Source: a virus. Taken from it: a DNA stretch of 64,000 nt. Position numbers and translations under genes: made by a program. Under the pieces are notes generated by a model. The model was not told the origin of the DNA. It ran no database searches and saw only the letters and a program-made list of their open reading frames with translations. The stretch spans positions 1 through 64,000 of IMG/VR virus record IMGVR_UViG_3300023179_000080; one strand, written 5' to 3'. Positions 8,478 to 17,799 of this stretch are shown here, in pieces; within the stretch, counting starts at the first letter, position 1, and the number at the start of each line of letters is the position of its first letter.

Positions 8478-8774
8478 ATGGATAGCAATCCCTCCCCCAT
8501 CCTGGAAGAAGTGTTTGGCCCGTTCGCCGTCCCGAACTCGGACGAGGTGATCCCGGTCCGCGGCCTCGAGGTCCACCTCGGCAACGACTGGATTCCAATC
8601 ACGGCGGACGTGTGGCGGTCCTGGACCGGCCGGCGCCGGATCTGGGGGATCGAGCACCACGGGCCGGTGTACGCGGTGGGGACTCAAGACGAGAGCACCC
8701 CCTGGACCGGCGTACGGGAGTGCACATGTGCCACCTGCCAGGCCCACGTGGAGCCCACCCTAAAACCCAACTGA
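8478..8774 (+). CDS. hypothetical protein with C-terminal CxCxxC
   Basis: ATG at motif(8441)+37. Confidence 0.75.
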   Translation: MDSNPSPILEEVFGPFAVPNSDEVIPVRGLEVHLGNDWIPITADVWRSWTGRRRIWGIEHHGPVYAVGTQDESTPWTGVRECTCATCQAHVEPTLKPN

Positions 8775-8814
8775 ACCTGTGTAAAGTTCCCACCCGATGT
8801 GGTAGGGTAGTATC

Positions 8815-9201
8815 ATGAGACGACGACGCAAGGTGGTCACCTGGAACACACCCGAGCCGCAGCGGGAGCTGCGACCTCACCCGTTCCAGGACGAGAACAT
8901 CGTCCCCCCGAGCTTCGACCTCGACGCCCTGGTGCCGGGATCCCTGTGGCTCCTCACGGCGGCGATGAACACGTTTAAGCTGCCTCCGGGCTATGTCACC
9001 CACTCCCACCCGTACTTCACACCGGGGTACTCGTGGGGCAATCCCCCGCCCTTCGCGAAGGGCACACTGGTGGTCTACATGGGCACCACCCGGGTGGAGG
9101 AGTCGAACAATGGTCGCATCCTCCGTGTCAACCGCCACCTGTTCCTCGTCGGCGGAGCGCCGCACATGTTGACGAACCTCAACTACGTCGAGGCGGTGTA
9201 A
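8815..9201 (+). CDS. hypothetical protein, leaderless cassette
   Basis: ATG at motif(8778, TGTGTAAAGT)+37. Confidence 0.75.
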   Translation: MRRRRKVVTWNTPEPQRELRPHPFQDENIVPPSFDLDALVPGSLWLLTAAMNTFKLPPGYVTHSHPYFTPGYSWGNPPPFAKGTLVVYMGTTRVEESNNGRILRVNRHLFLVGGAPHMLTNLNYVEAV

Positions 9202-9234
9202 AGTGCCGCCCCGGCGTGGTACAGTGAGATCACG

Positions 9235-9357
9235 ATGAAACGCCGCTCTCCAACCGCCGTCGCGATGGCGAAGCGCCACCCACGTCCCCAGCGGATGCGC
9301 CACCGCGCCGCACGCCGGCCCAACGACCACCGCAACAAGCAGATCGAGGTAGACTGA
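9235..9357 (+). CDS. 40-aa Arg-rich peptide
   Basis: Follows a class-A motif at 9196; TGATG overlap with the next ORF. Confidence 0.55.
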   Translation: MKRRSPTAVAMAKRHPRPQRMRHRAARRPNDHRNKQIEVD

Positions 9358-9578
9358 TGACAGTTATTGACGTATCCCCCATCAAGCTCGGCTCCTACTG
9401 GCAGTCGCGTACCCGCCGAGGAGAGCAGCGTGTGGTGGTCGAGGACGTGGTCGACGGCCCGGTCAACATCGTGTCGTACAGGGTCGTGGACTCCCACGGA
9501 GAGTGGCGTGCCCTCACGCCTCAAGAGGAGTTCGTACGACGGTTCGAGGAGATCCTCTCTGCAGCAGAGGGTGTGTAA
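9357..9578 (+). CDS. hypothetical protein
   Basis: Coupled ORF ending at the next promoter motif. Confidence 0.7.
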   Translation: MTVIDVSPIKLGSYWQSRTRRGEQRVVVEDVVDGPVNIVSYRVVDSHGEWRALTPQEEFVRRFEEILSAAEGV

Positions 9579-9661
9579 AGTTCCCACCCTACGATGTAGG
9601 GTGAGAGTGTAAGTAAACGCCGCCTCCCGCGGCCCAATGGAAACGGAAACGGAGAATCAAC

Positions 9662-10360
9662 ATGGAAACGCAGAACGTGAGCAACAGTGACAACAAGGCG
9701 ATGAGCGCGATCGAGCGAGCCCTGGCGGCAGCGAAGGCCCGCAAGGCGATGAAGGCAGAGGCCGGCATCACCCACGAGGTGGAGACCGCACCGGAGCCCG
9801 TGAAGGCAAAGGCCCCGAAGCCCAAGGCAGAGAAGCCCGTCGACGAGACCAAGGCCGCCGCGAAGGCGGAGCAGGCCGCGGCCCGTGAGGCCAAGATCCA
9901 GCAGCTCAAGGCCGACCGTGCGGCCCGCAAGGAGGCAAAGGCTGCGGCGAGGGCGGAGAAGGTCGCCGCCAAGGCCGCGACGAAGGGTGTTCGAAAGCCG
10001 GCCCACATGAAGAAGGTGGAGAATGCCCGGGCACGTCTGGCTCCCCTCAACTCCGAGGCAGCGGTGGTCTTCGGCGACATCACGGCCAACTTCAGCGCCG
10101 CGATGATCGACACCCTCGCCCAGCACCTCCTCGTCCACAACCGCGCGGCGGCGACGATCGCGGCGACTGCGGCTCCCCGGCTCCCGGTGGGCGCGCAGGT
10201 CCGCATCACCGGCGGGGATGCTCGGTTCATCGGCATGGTGGGTGTCGTCACCCAGTCACAGGCCCTCCGAGCGATGGTCCAAGTCGACGGGGTGAAGAAG
10301 CCCCTCTACATCTACAACAGCCAGGCCACCGCGGTGGCTGACATGGCGGCTGCGGGTTGA
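9662..10360 (+). CDS. Ala/Lys-rich protein with C-terminal KOW motif
   Basis: Histone-like AK repeats; LPVGAQVRITGG..FIGMVGVV KOW pattern; GGAG SD. Confidence 0.75.
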   Translation: METQNVSNSDNKAMSAIERALAAAKARKAMKAEAGITHEVETAPEPVKAKAPKPKAEKPVDETKAAAKAEQAAAREAKIQQLKADRAARKEAKAAARAEKVAAKAATKGVRKPAHMKKVENARARLAPLNSEAAVVFGDITANFSAAMIDTLAQHLLVHNRAAATIAATAAPRLPVGAQVRITGGDARFIGMVGVVTQSQALRAMVQVDGVKKPLYIYNSQATAVADMAAAG

Positions 10361-10370
10361 TCCCGCTCGA

Positions 10371-10444
10371 GCGGGGGTAGCTCGATTGGACAGAGCAGCG
10401 GACTCTTAATCCGTTGGTTACGGGTTCAACTCCCGTCCCCCGCA
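10371..10444 (+). tRNA. tRNA-Lys(CTT)
   Basis: Cloverleaf; GCGGA-CTCTTAA-TCCGT anticodon arm. Confidence 0.92.
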
Positions 10445-10487
10445 CTGGACCGCCGGTGTTCCCGGACTGTCACCGGCCGGTCCCCTT

Positions 10488-10559
10488 GCCGCCTTAGCTC
10501 AGTGGTAGAGCAACGGTTTTGTAAACCGTAGGTCTCGAGTTCAAGTCTCGACGGCGGCT
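10488..10559 (+). tRNA. tRNA-Thr(TGT)
   Basis: ACGGT-TTTGTAA-ACCGT anticodon arm. Confidence 0.92.
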
Positions 10560-10593
10560 CTGATGAAAGGAATTTGACACACACTAACAGTAT

Positions 10594-10671
10594 GCCCCTG
10601 TACCGGACTCGACTTCTAATCGAGATTACCGTAGCTGGATGACGCAGGTTCGAATCCTGCCAGGGGTGCCA
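10594..10671 (+). tRNA. atypical tRNA-Arg(TCT) with no D-arm and a 19-nt variable region
   Basis: Acceptor stem GCCCCTG/CAGGGGT+GCCA; CTCGA-CTTCTAA-TCGAG; GCAGG-TTCGAAT-CCTGC; only 7 nt where the D-arm should be. Confidence 0.75.
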
Positions 10672-10686
10672 CCCCCACCGGGGACC

Positions 10687-10758
10687 GCGGAGGTAGCTCA
10701 ATGGTAGAGCCCCAGTTTTCCAAACTGGATGTTGCGGGTTCGAGCCCCGTCCTCCGCT
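10687..10758 (+). tRNA. tRNA-Gly(TCC)
   Basis: CCAGT-TTTCCAA-ACTGG anticodon arm. Confidence 0.92.
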
Positions 10759-10764
10759 CACATC

Positions 10765-10840
10765 GGATCAATAGCTCAGTCGGTAGAGCAGCGGACTTTT
10801 AATCCGTTGGTCGTGGGTTCGAGCCCCACCTGATCCACCA
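10765..10840 (+). tRNA. tRNA-Lys(TTT)
   Basis: GCGGA-CTTTTAA-TCCGT anticodon arm; encoded CCA. Confidence 0.95.
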
Positions 10841-10881
10841 CCCCGCCACGACCGGCGGGGGAGACAAAGAGAGAATACACA

Positions 10882-11175
10882 ATGAGCAAGCGATTCCGTA
10901 CCACAGACATGGACACCACCCCCAACCGCCCAGACACCACCCAGTTCTACACGATGTACGTGGTGCGTGACTCCCACAAGCGGCAGTTCCTCACCCGACG
11001 CGCGTACAGCGGCGCCGCGGCACGCGGTGGGTGGGACACCCTGCCGGGGGCACACCTGTTCCAGAGCATCTGGCAGGCGTCCTCGTGCGCCTCGTCGATC
11101 GCCCGTCGTAACCCCGGCGCTCGTCGGCCCGAGGTCCGCCCAGTCCTCGTGACCCGCCGCATCCCACGGGCCTGA
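10882..11175 (+). CDS. hypothetical protein
   Basis: ATG ORF between tRNA genes. Confidence 0.6.
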   Translation: MSKRFRTTDMDTTPNRPDTTQFYTMYVVRDSHKRQFLTRRAYSGAAARGGWDTLPGAHLFQSIWQASSCASSIARRNPGARRPEVRPVLVTRRIPRA

Positions 11176-11183
11176 CCCCATCC

Positions 11184-11245
11184 GTCACCCCCGGGTCCGC
11201 ACCCCACCGGACCGGGCCATCCCCCTCGGCGGACCCGGGGGTGAC
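11184..11245. repeat. perfect 17-bp inverted repeat
   Basis: GTCACCCCCGGGTCCGC ... GCGGACCCGGGGGTGAC. Confidence 0.85.
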
Positions 11246-11283
11246 ACCTACTTATCACCGCGCGGACTGGTGCCGCGCACCCA

Positions 11284-11357
11284 CTCCCCGTAGCTCAGCT
11301 GGAGAGAGCGGCGGTTTCCTAAACCGCAGGCCGGATGTTCGAGACGTCCCGGGGAGA
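11284..11357 (+). tRNA. tRNA-Arg(CCT)
   Basis: GCGGT-TTCCTAA-ACCGC anticodon arm; canonical D-arm. Confidence 0.88.
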
Positions 11358-11390
11358 CCCCACACGAGAGACCGCAACAAGGAGAGAGAC

Positions 11391-11612
11391 ATGAGTGACA
11401 TGACACCTGATCGCGCCGTGGGCGCAGCACTGGCCGCGACCGCCGCTGCCGCGAGGGCATGCGAGGAGGCCGCGCTCGTCCTCCGCGACGCTGGGCGGGA
11501 GCCGGATCCCAACTACTCCACCGCGGTGGGGCACCTCGAGCTCGCGGCCGTTGAACTAGCGGCGATGGGCCGGCGGGTCCTGGGGCACAGCGTGAGACCC
11601 CGGGTGCCCTGA
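11391..11612 (+). CDS. hypothetical protein
   Basis: AAGGAG SD then ATG. Confidence 0.55.
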   Translation: MSDMTPDRAVGAALAATAAAARACEEAALVLRDAGREPDPNYSTAVGHLELAAVELAAMGRRVLGHSVRPRVP

Positions 11613-11940
11613 TGGGGCGGGGGCGCCCCCCATCGCAGGGCCGGCAGAGGGGCTGTATACGGGGTGGGGGGCGCCCCTTCAGAGGGCCATCGGAGGGCAC
11701 TGCCATGCCGGGGGGCGCCCCCCATCAGAGTGGCCATCTGAGCCCCTATATGGGGGGCGGGCGCCCCCCCTCTGCGGCATACTGTGTGGAGGTTCTCTGC
11801 GGCGGCGGGCGCTAAGCCCCTCCAAAAATTCCCGGGACACATTTCCCATCCGATTGACCCCTCCCGCCCGAAATTTCCCGGGAGGATTTCTGGATCCCCG
11901 GTACCCATGCCCTCCCCCGGAGGGTGGGGCGCCCACGTTT
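11612..11940. repeat. non-coding region with repeated G(n)GGCGCCC(n) palindromes
   Basis: Five copies near 11619, 11667, 11710, 11759 and 11926, plus AAA(A/T)TTCCCGGGA twice. Confidence 0.7.
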
Positions 11941-12002
11941 AAGTCCCGCCAGTCCCGCCTCCGTTGTACGGTCTGTCCCATGCAGTATACTGTCGACCAG
12001 TG

Positions 12003-12350
12003 ATGCACATCGAGCCTCCGCACCCCGACCCGTGGGTCACCGCCCTGATCGAGCACCTCCGTTCCGCCCCGCGCAACCTGTGGGGTGTGGTGCCCCGGGT
12101 CACCTGCCGGGACGGCTTCTCCGTGTCGATCCAGGCCTCCCGCCACAGCTACTGTGATCCCCGCACCGACGAGGGCCCGTGGAGCGCGGTCGAGCTGGGC
12201 TACCCGAGCGTGATCGAGCCCCTCATCTGGAGGTGGGCCGAGTCCCCCGGCCGGTGGACCGACACCGTGTATCCATGGGTCCCGATCGAGGTGGCAGCCG
12301 CCGTCATCGAGTGCCACGGGGGAATTGCCGAGAAATCAACCGAAGGTTGA
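12003..12350 (+). CDS. conserved phage-type hypothetical protein
   Basis: CRDGFSVSIQAS..YC.PR..VELGYPS motif; variant promoter upstream. Confidence 0.75.
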   Translation: MHIEPPHPDPWVTALIEHLRSAPRNLWGVVPRVTCRDGFSVSIQASRHSYCDPRTDEGPWSAVELGYPSVIEPLIWRWAESPGRWTDTVYPWVPIEVAAAVIECHGGIAEKSTEG

Positions 12351-12617
12351 CACCCCTCGATTTTCTCCCAATATTCTCGAGGGTCACATCATAGTTATCG
12401 ATCATGCACCCCCGATACCGCCGCCTCCGCGAATCGATCGCCCAGCTGGGCGACATCGCCTGGGCCGACCGGCGGTCCGATCGACCGCCTCACCTACCTC
12501 GTCGACGGCCTGGGCCGTCCCAGGAGTGATGAGTCGCTCCTGCGGGCTGCCATTCGCAAGATGCTGGTGGGCTGATCTCCGGTGCAAACCCGGGAGGGTC
12601 GGGTGTAGAGTGTATCC

Positions 12618-12905
12618 ATGCTGGACCCCTCGACGATCAGGGACAAGGAAGTTCACCGTGCGGCTCCCACCTATGCCGCCCTCACCGCCGCCCTCCGGGA
12701 GTTGCGGGACACGGGTCGATTCTACTACGAGTCGACGGGCGAGGGGCAAGTGTTGGAGGCGACTGCTCAACTCGCCCTCGACGAGCTGGAGGTTGCGATG
12801 GCGGAGATGCCCGCCCTCCGCCGGTTCCTCGGGGTGATGCTGATCGCACGGGAGTCGCGCCTCGCTGCCGACCGCCGCCGGGAGAAGAGCAAGAGCCGGC
12901 GATGA
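12618..12905 (+). CDS. hypothetical protein, leaderless cassette
   Basis: ATG at motif(12581)+37. Confidence 0.7.
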   Translation: MLDPSTIRDKEVHRAAPTYAALTAALRELRDTGRFYYESTGEGQVLEATAQLALDELEVAMAEMPALRRFLGVMLIARESRLAADRRREKSKSRR

Positions 12906-13091
12906 GGGTAGGTGACGCCCTCGCCCGCCCTGCAGTCGCAATGATCACCCGGGTGGAGGCGGTCCTCACCGAGGGGGGACGGGCACCGCAGTTGATGATG
13001 TTTTCGATGCCACGGCTCGACCTGAGATAAATCTCTTTATTTGCGATGGATTGCCCAAATTCACAGTGGGCATTATATTTAATCCACCGAC

Positions 13092-14081
13092 ATGAGCCGT
13101 ATCCTACGAGAATATATCAAGGGCGTCCTTACAGAAGAAGTGGTCAGCATCCGCCGGGCCGACGGCAGCGAGGGGACGTACGATGTCACCTTCGATAAGG
13201 CGGGTGGAATCTCTCGCGGTAAGCTGTACAAGTTCTCGAAAGACCAACTGAGCGCGCTCGAGGACTCTCGGGTCAGGGAGTACACGGGCATCTCTGACGC
13301 ACAGATCCTGGCAAAGATCAGCTCAGTCAAGAAGGCGGGCGGCCCGGTGCTGGCGCCCCTCCCATCCTCCGGATGGCCCTCGGTCATCGTCGATGCGATG
13401 TTGAATTACTGGGGTGACGCGGTCGAGTGGGCCCCCGTCAACCGCACGGGAAAGGGTGAGGCTGCGATGCACCTTGCCTTCGCGTCGTCCGATGCACACG
13501 AGCCCGATTTCGTGTCAGCTGACGGGTCCGTGAAGATGTCGATAAAGCACTTTCAGAACGGCGGTGGCACTGCGAGATCGGGTGACTCCCCCGCGGTCAA
13601 GACCCTCACGATCAAACTGCTCACGACGTTTGACAAGCTCACCGGGTCGAAGCTCATGGGGATGAAGACCGCCTCGGGTGTCGTCGCACGAGAATACTTG
13701 CTCAATGAATTCATGGTGCAGAAGTCGCCGGCCGAGCGGGCCCGTGCGATCAAGAGGGTCGCCGCGGAGGTCAGACCCATCGTCGACGAGCTGATGACGG
13801 AAGTCGCATCAGAGCACGGGGCGATGGGGATCCTCGTCCTCTGCACGGGCAATGCAGAGTGGATGCCCGCCGAGCGCGGCGCGGAGTTGTTACACCTCGA
13901 CGCCGTCCGAAATGACCTCCGAGCGCAGTTCTGCTACAGACCCTGGTTGACTGAGAAGCGTAATACGTGGCAGAAAGTGCTGGATGAGATGAGCCAAATC
14001 ACGCCTGCTGCCCTCGGCGGGGCCGCCCCTCCTCCGCCGGCCAAACCCGCACCACCGGGCAAGAAAAGCACGCTTCGCTGA
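13092..14081 (+). CDS. hypothetical protein with N-terminal ILREYI motif, possible PD-(D/E)xK fold
   Basis: ATATTTA upstream; GKGE..EPDF..MSIK segment. Confidence 0.7.
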   Translation: MSRILREYIKGVLTEEVVSIRRADGSEGTYDVTFDKAGGISRGKLYKFSKDQLSALEDSRVREYTGISDAQILAKISSVKKAGGPVLAPLPSSGWPSVIVDAMLNYWGDAVEWAPVNRTGKGEAAMHLAFASSDAHEPDFVSADGSVKMSIKHFQNGGGTARSGDSPAVKTLTIKLLTTFDKLTGSKLMGMKTASGVVAREYLLNEFMVQKSPAERARAIKRVAAEVRPIVDELMTEVASEHGAMGILVLCTGNAEWMPAERGAELLHLDAVRNDLRAQFCYRPWLTEKRNTWQKVLDEMSQITPAALGGAAPPPPAKPAPPGKKSTLR

Positions 14082-14122
14082 GCTCTGTGCAAAGGTGACC
14101 ACCCTCGTAGTAGGGTGGACCC

Positions 14123-14377
14123 ATGATGGACAGCAGACGACCCCTGGGCTTCTACGATCGATACAGTGTCACCGCACCCTCCACCTTCCCCCGTGGCTGC
14201 CGGGTACGGGTCACGGGTGGGGCATTTGAAGGTGAGGAGGGCATCGTCCTCGACGATGACCCCACACCCCGCCTGCCGGGCAACCCGGCAGCGGTCATCT
14301 CTCTCCTCAGTGAGGCGTGGCTGGATGAGCCCCTCCGCTTCAACCACCGGGACCTCGCCTGGGCGCCCGCTCCCTGA
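14123..14377 (+). CDS. KOW-motif protein, leaderless cassette
   Basis: GCRVRVTGGAFEGEEGIV; ATG at motif(14086)+37. Confidence 0.75.
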   Translation: MMDSRRPLGFYDRYSVTAPSTFPRGCRVRVTGGAFEGEEGIVLDDDPTPRLPGNPAAVISLLSEAWLDEPLRFNHRDLAWAPAP

Positions 14378-14401
14378 TTTTCCAGGGACCCTTTAAACTT
14401 C

Positions 14402-14432
14402 TCAGGCCGGAGTCTCTCGACTTACCGGCCTG
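14402..14432. terminator. hairpin between convergent genes
   Basis: TCAGGCCGG.AGTC..GACT.CCGGCCTGA. Confidence 0.45.
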
Positions 14433-14441
14433 ATCCCTATT

Positions 14442-14894
14442 TCACAGGTGGCTGTCGTCCGGCAGGTTGGCCGACTCCGGATGGCTCTCATTCCAGGACG
14501 CGTCCCCGCCGTGCTTCTTTTGGTACGCGGCGAAGATCTCGGCCGCCGCGCCGGCGCCGATGCCCAGAGCGCCCAGGGCCGACACCGCCATCGGTAGTGT
14601 GGACATGTCCGCACCTGATGCTGCTACGATGCCGCCCAGCAGCAGGACCCCCGCCGCCATCACGTTGCCGCCTAGGCCCTCTCTCAGTCGACGACGGGTG
14701 CCTCGGAGACGTCGAGCTCGTGACTCTTTCACCTGGTCACCCAGCGCGTCCTTGAGAGCATCGAGCTGATCCTGCAGCTCTGGGTCGTCGGCAACGATTC
14801 TTTTGACCTCTGCGGGGCTCGGTCCCGACTCGTTGATGACCCTTGAGATTTCTTCCTTAATTACGCGACGAAGCTGTGATAGTCTGATCCTCAT
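14442..14894 (-). CDS. membrane protein with N-terminal LSQLRRVIKEE motif
   Basis: GAGG SD; two hydrophobic segments. Confidence 0.7.
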   Translation of the reverse strand: MRIRLSQLRRVIKEEISRVINESGPSPAEVKRIVADDPELQDQLDALKDALGDQVKESRARRLRGTRRRLREGLGGNVMAAGVLLLGGIVAASGADMSTLPMAVSALGALGIGAGAAAEIFAAYQKKHGGDASWNESHPESANLPDDSHL

Positions 14895-14975
14895 ATTGTT
14901 CCTCTTGATGAGCAGTGCTGCTGAGATATATTCCATCACATAAAAAGTTTCGTGGGATCGACGTATAGTTATTCC

Positions 14976-15413
14976 ATGCTGTGGGATCGAGTGGTTCGAT
15001 ATGTCACTGGAGCGCCCGTACCGGGCGAGCTCTTGTACATGCGAGACTTCGGTGCTAGTTGTCCGTTGTGGAAGACGGGAGAGGGACATGGCGTGATGGG
15101 TCGGGTCCCATCGGGTTCGCTGCTGGTCGCCTTGGGGGATGTGACAGATACCCACATCAGAGTCCTAGCACCCTCCGGAACCGTCGGGTGGATCCACCGC
15201 AACTATACCGTGGGCCACCCCCCACCCGGGCTAATCGCCTTTACCGTCAAGGCCCTCGCCCAGCCCGCCCGCAGGGTCATGATCCTCGCCGGAGCTTTCC
15301 TGTTCGGCGCTGAGATCTTGGGGGTCTCCTCCCCCCGTGACATTGCCACCCCGCCGAGCCACCCACCCCGGGCCCCTGAGGAGACACCCCCAGGTCGAGC
15401 AGGTGGGCAGTAG
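14976..15413 (+). CDS. SH3-like hypothetical protein
   Basis: ATAGTTA-ttcc-ATG; IRVLAPSGTVGWIH. Confidence 0.6.
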   Translation: MLWDRVVRYVTGAPVPGELLYMRDFGASCPLWKTGEGHGVMGRVPSGSLLVALGDVTDTHIRVLAPSGTVGWIHRNYTVGHPPPGLIAFTVKALAQPARRVMILAGAFLFGAEILGVSSPRDIATPPSHPPRAPEETPPGRAGGQ

Positions 15414-15633
15414 ATCTTCCGTGTAGACGGTGCCGTCCTGTATTATACTGAACCTGAGGTGATAGGGTATCTTCTCTATCCGCAGGATGATGATTGGTGG
15501 TCCCTCTGCGGGGACGATTGCGTCCCCCACCCGCAGAGTGTCGACGGTGATCCACCGCATTTTCGTCGACGAACTCATGTGATATGTAGGAGATCGCAGG
15601 CGTTTTTTGTCGACCTGCATACGTATTTGTGTG

Positions 15634-15843
15634 ATGAATAACACCGCTCCCAGCCCATTCGAGGTAGTAGATCGTGAGCTGCTTGAGGCTGCCCGCAAAT
15701 ATACGGCCGCGGTCCGTGCCGGTGGCGGAGCCGACGCTCTGCCCCGCCTGATGCACGAGTTCCACGCCATCCTAACACGCCACGGTTGGACCCATGAAGA
15801 TTGGGCACGAAAGACTGCGAAGCCGGGTCCAACCGATAAGTGA
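15634..15843 (+). CDS. hypothetical protein
   Basis: ATG ORF with ATACGTA upstream. Confidence 0.55.
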   Translation: MNNTAPSPFEVVDRELLEAARKYTAAVRAGGGADALPRLMHEFHAILTRHGWTHEDWARKTAKPGPTDK

Positions 15844-15875
15844 AAAGTTAGGGACCGCGGTTGTATACTATATCC

Positions 15876-16061
15876 ATGAGGGATGGTTACACCCAAGTCC
15901 ACAATCAAGACCTCGAGATCTTGAAGAAACTTCTCGACGAAAAGATCAGCAAGATTGAGACACTCCTGGGGGAGGCTAGTCGGGTCGGCGGGGCTCACGA
16001 TTACTATTCGATGCGCCACAGTGAGCTCGTCGAGATGCGCCGGCGGCTAGTGACGCAATGA
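15876..16061 (+). CDS. hypothetical protein
   Basis: Variant class-A promoter GTGAAAAGT..TGTATACT. Confidence 0.6.
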   Translation: MRDGYTQVHNQDLEILKKLLDEKISKIETLLGEASRVGGAHDYYSMRHSELVEMRRRLVTQ

Positions 16062-16378
16062 ACGTCTTCGAACACTCCTTTGGCTCGTCCCACTACCGCG
16101 TCACCATCGTTCCCAAGAGCCACGTCATCGTGGAGCGCTTCGACAACGGCGGCCTGGTCGGCATGCAGCGCTTCGTCCCGGGCGACCAGGCCGAGTACGA
16201 CTCCTACAACCTCTCCTACTACGGCCCCATCCTCTCCATCGGGGCCAAGACCATCACCGTCCAGACCACGGGCGGCGGCAAGAAGATGTTGAAGCCCGAC
16301 ACCTTCGCCTGGCGCAACTGGAACTTCTCCCCCTCCGAGGCGGCTGTCAAGAACTCGGAAACGATGCAGTACATCTGA
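16058..16378 (+). CDS. conserved phage-type hypothetical protein
   Basis: GDQAEYDSYNLSYYG motif; coupled start. Confidence 0.75.
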   Translation: MNVFEHSFGSSHYRVTIVPKSHVIVERFDNGGLVGMQRFVPGDQAEYDSYNLSYYGPILSIGAKTITVQTTGGGKKMLKPDTFAWRNWNFSPSEAAVKNSETMQYI

Positions 16379-17094
16379 TGAAGACCTTCGACATCGACGC
16401 CCTGGTCCCGGACTACAAGGGGTCGTTCCACCTCCCAAAGCATCCCACGGCGGAGCAGAGGAAGATGCACGAGCTGTCCCGCCGGGTGCACACCACTTTC
16501 GGATACGGGTCTCCCCACTTGCGCCCAGGTGTCAAACCCGAGAAGGTGCTGGACTGGCGCCAGCTGGAGCAGAGAACCGAGGAGCTTCGCTTCAAGTGGA
16601 AGTCGGCCTCCAATGCCTACTGGTCTGCCTTGCGTGAGGCGTACGGGAAGAGAAAGAAGCGCGACACCCTCTACATCTTCATCAACTCGGACTGGCTCGT
16701 CTCGTACAAGGGCGGAGACTCCTACAGCTACGAGGACTCTCGAAGCCTCGTCGCGTGTAAGATTGCCGCCCCTCGAGACGGCGGTGAGTTCAGGGTCCTC
16801 AAGGCCGACGACGGAGGACGCCGCATCGGCCGGCTCCTGGCACGGGAGAGGTCATGCCGCGCGGCGTATCAAGTCTACGACCGAGTCCTGAAGCGTGCCC
16901 TGTCGGACAGGATTAGAGTGCATCTGGGAGAGATCCACGAAGAAGTGGGAGATCACCAGCCGTACTACGAACCGCAGGTCTTCCTCATCGAGAACGGGGG
17001 CAGGGTTCGAGTCGCCCAGTCCACGACAAGCGGTGGGATCTTTTGGATCGAAGGCGAAGTTCTGCTCACACCTGGGTCTATATCTATAGTGTGA
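16378..17094 (+). CDS. hypothetical protein
   Basis: 238-aa coupled ORF. Confidence 0.75.
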   Translation: MKTFDIDALVPDYKGSFHLPKHPTAEQRKMHELSRRVHTTFGYGSPHLRPGVKPEKVLDWRQLEQRTEELRFKWKSASNAYWSALREAYGKRKKRDTLYIFINSDWLVSYKGGDSYSYEDSRSLVACKIAAPRDGGEFRVLKADDGGRRIGRLLARERSCRAAYQVYDRVLKRALSDRIRVHLGEIHEEVGDHQPYYEPQVFLIENGGRVRVAQSTTSGGIFWIEGEVLLTPGSISIV

Positions 17095-17435
17095 AGGTTC
17101 CGACTGGGTCTATGTGGAGGGTCGTCGCATCGAATATTGCACCCCATATGTCCCAGTCCTTCAACGGTATCTGGGTGACTCCTGAGCCCCGACCGCCCAT
17201 GACCTTCCACCCCGTCGGCGGTGAACACTACCTAGCTCCCGGGACGATCATCGTCGTGGGTGATACAGTGCGTAGAGGCCTGGAGGGCAATCTGAAGCAC
17301 CAAGAGTTCGTCCGGGTCTTCTTGCCCTGCGTGGGTTGGGTCAACAGGGTGTACTTCAATGATTCTCTACGACGACTCGAGCGGGTCGATGACGAAACAA
17401 CGATCGAGAATGGCACACAGGCAAATGAAAAGTAA
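17091..17435 (+). CDS. hypothetical protein, paralog of 30641..30955
   Basis: VPTGSMWRV..GTIIVVGDTV..QEFVRV..NRVYFN..LERV. Confidence 0.7.
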   Translation: MKVPTGSMWRVVASNIAPHMSQSFNGIWVTPEPRPPMTFHPVGGEHYLAPGTIIVVGDTVRRGLEGNLKHQEFVRVFLPCVGWVNRVYFNDSLRRLERVDDETTIENGTQANEK

Positions 17436-17781
17436 GGGTAACAAGGTCAAGAAGGGCGACGTCTACCTCATGTCGACCGGTTCCTCGGTCTTCTACATCC
17501 GCTCCCAACAGGAGCTGGATGCCCTGTACGAGGACGACCGCCGCCGGGGCGACACGCTTGACTCAGCGGGTGAACCCCGTATCCACAACCGCCAAGGTCG
17601 GATCCACTTCACAGAACCCACCACGGTCATGGTCGTCGGCCTGACCGGTGCACAGTGGGGCTCTTGGTACAACAAGCCCGTCGGACTGGTGCGAGCAGTT
17701 GTCACTTCCGGTCCCTCCCTGGGAAGGGAGGTCACGGTGACGAAGGCGGCATTGTTGGCTTCCGTGCAAAGTCACGGCTGA
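17425..17781 (+). CDS. hypothetical protein
   Basis: ATG overlapping the upstream gene; KKGDVY. Confidence 0.65.
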   Translation: MKSKGNKVKKGDVYLMSTGSSVFYIRSQQELDALYEDDRRRGDTLDSAGEPRIHNRQGRIHFTEPTTVMVVGLTGAQWGSWYNKPVGLVRAVVTSGPSLGREVTVTKAALLASVQSHG

Positions 17782-17799
17782 AAGTGGTATAGTAAAACC

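Noticed and set aside
10426-10761. ORF across the tRNA cluster
   Set aside because: Reverse complement of tRNA genes
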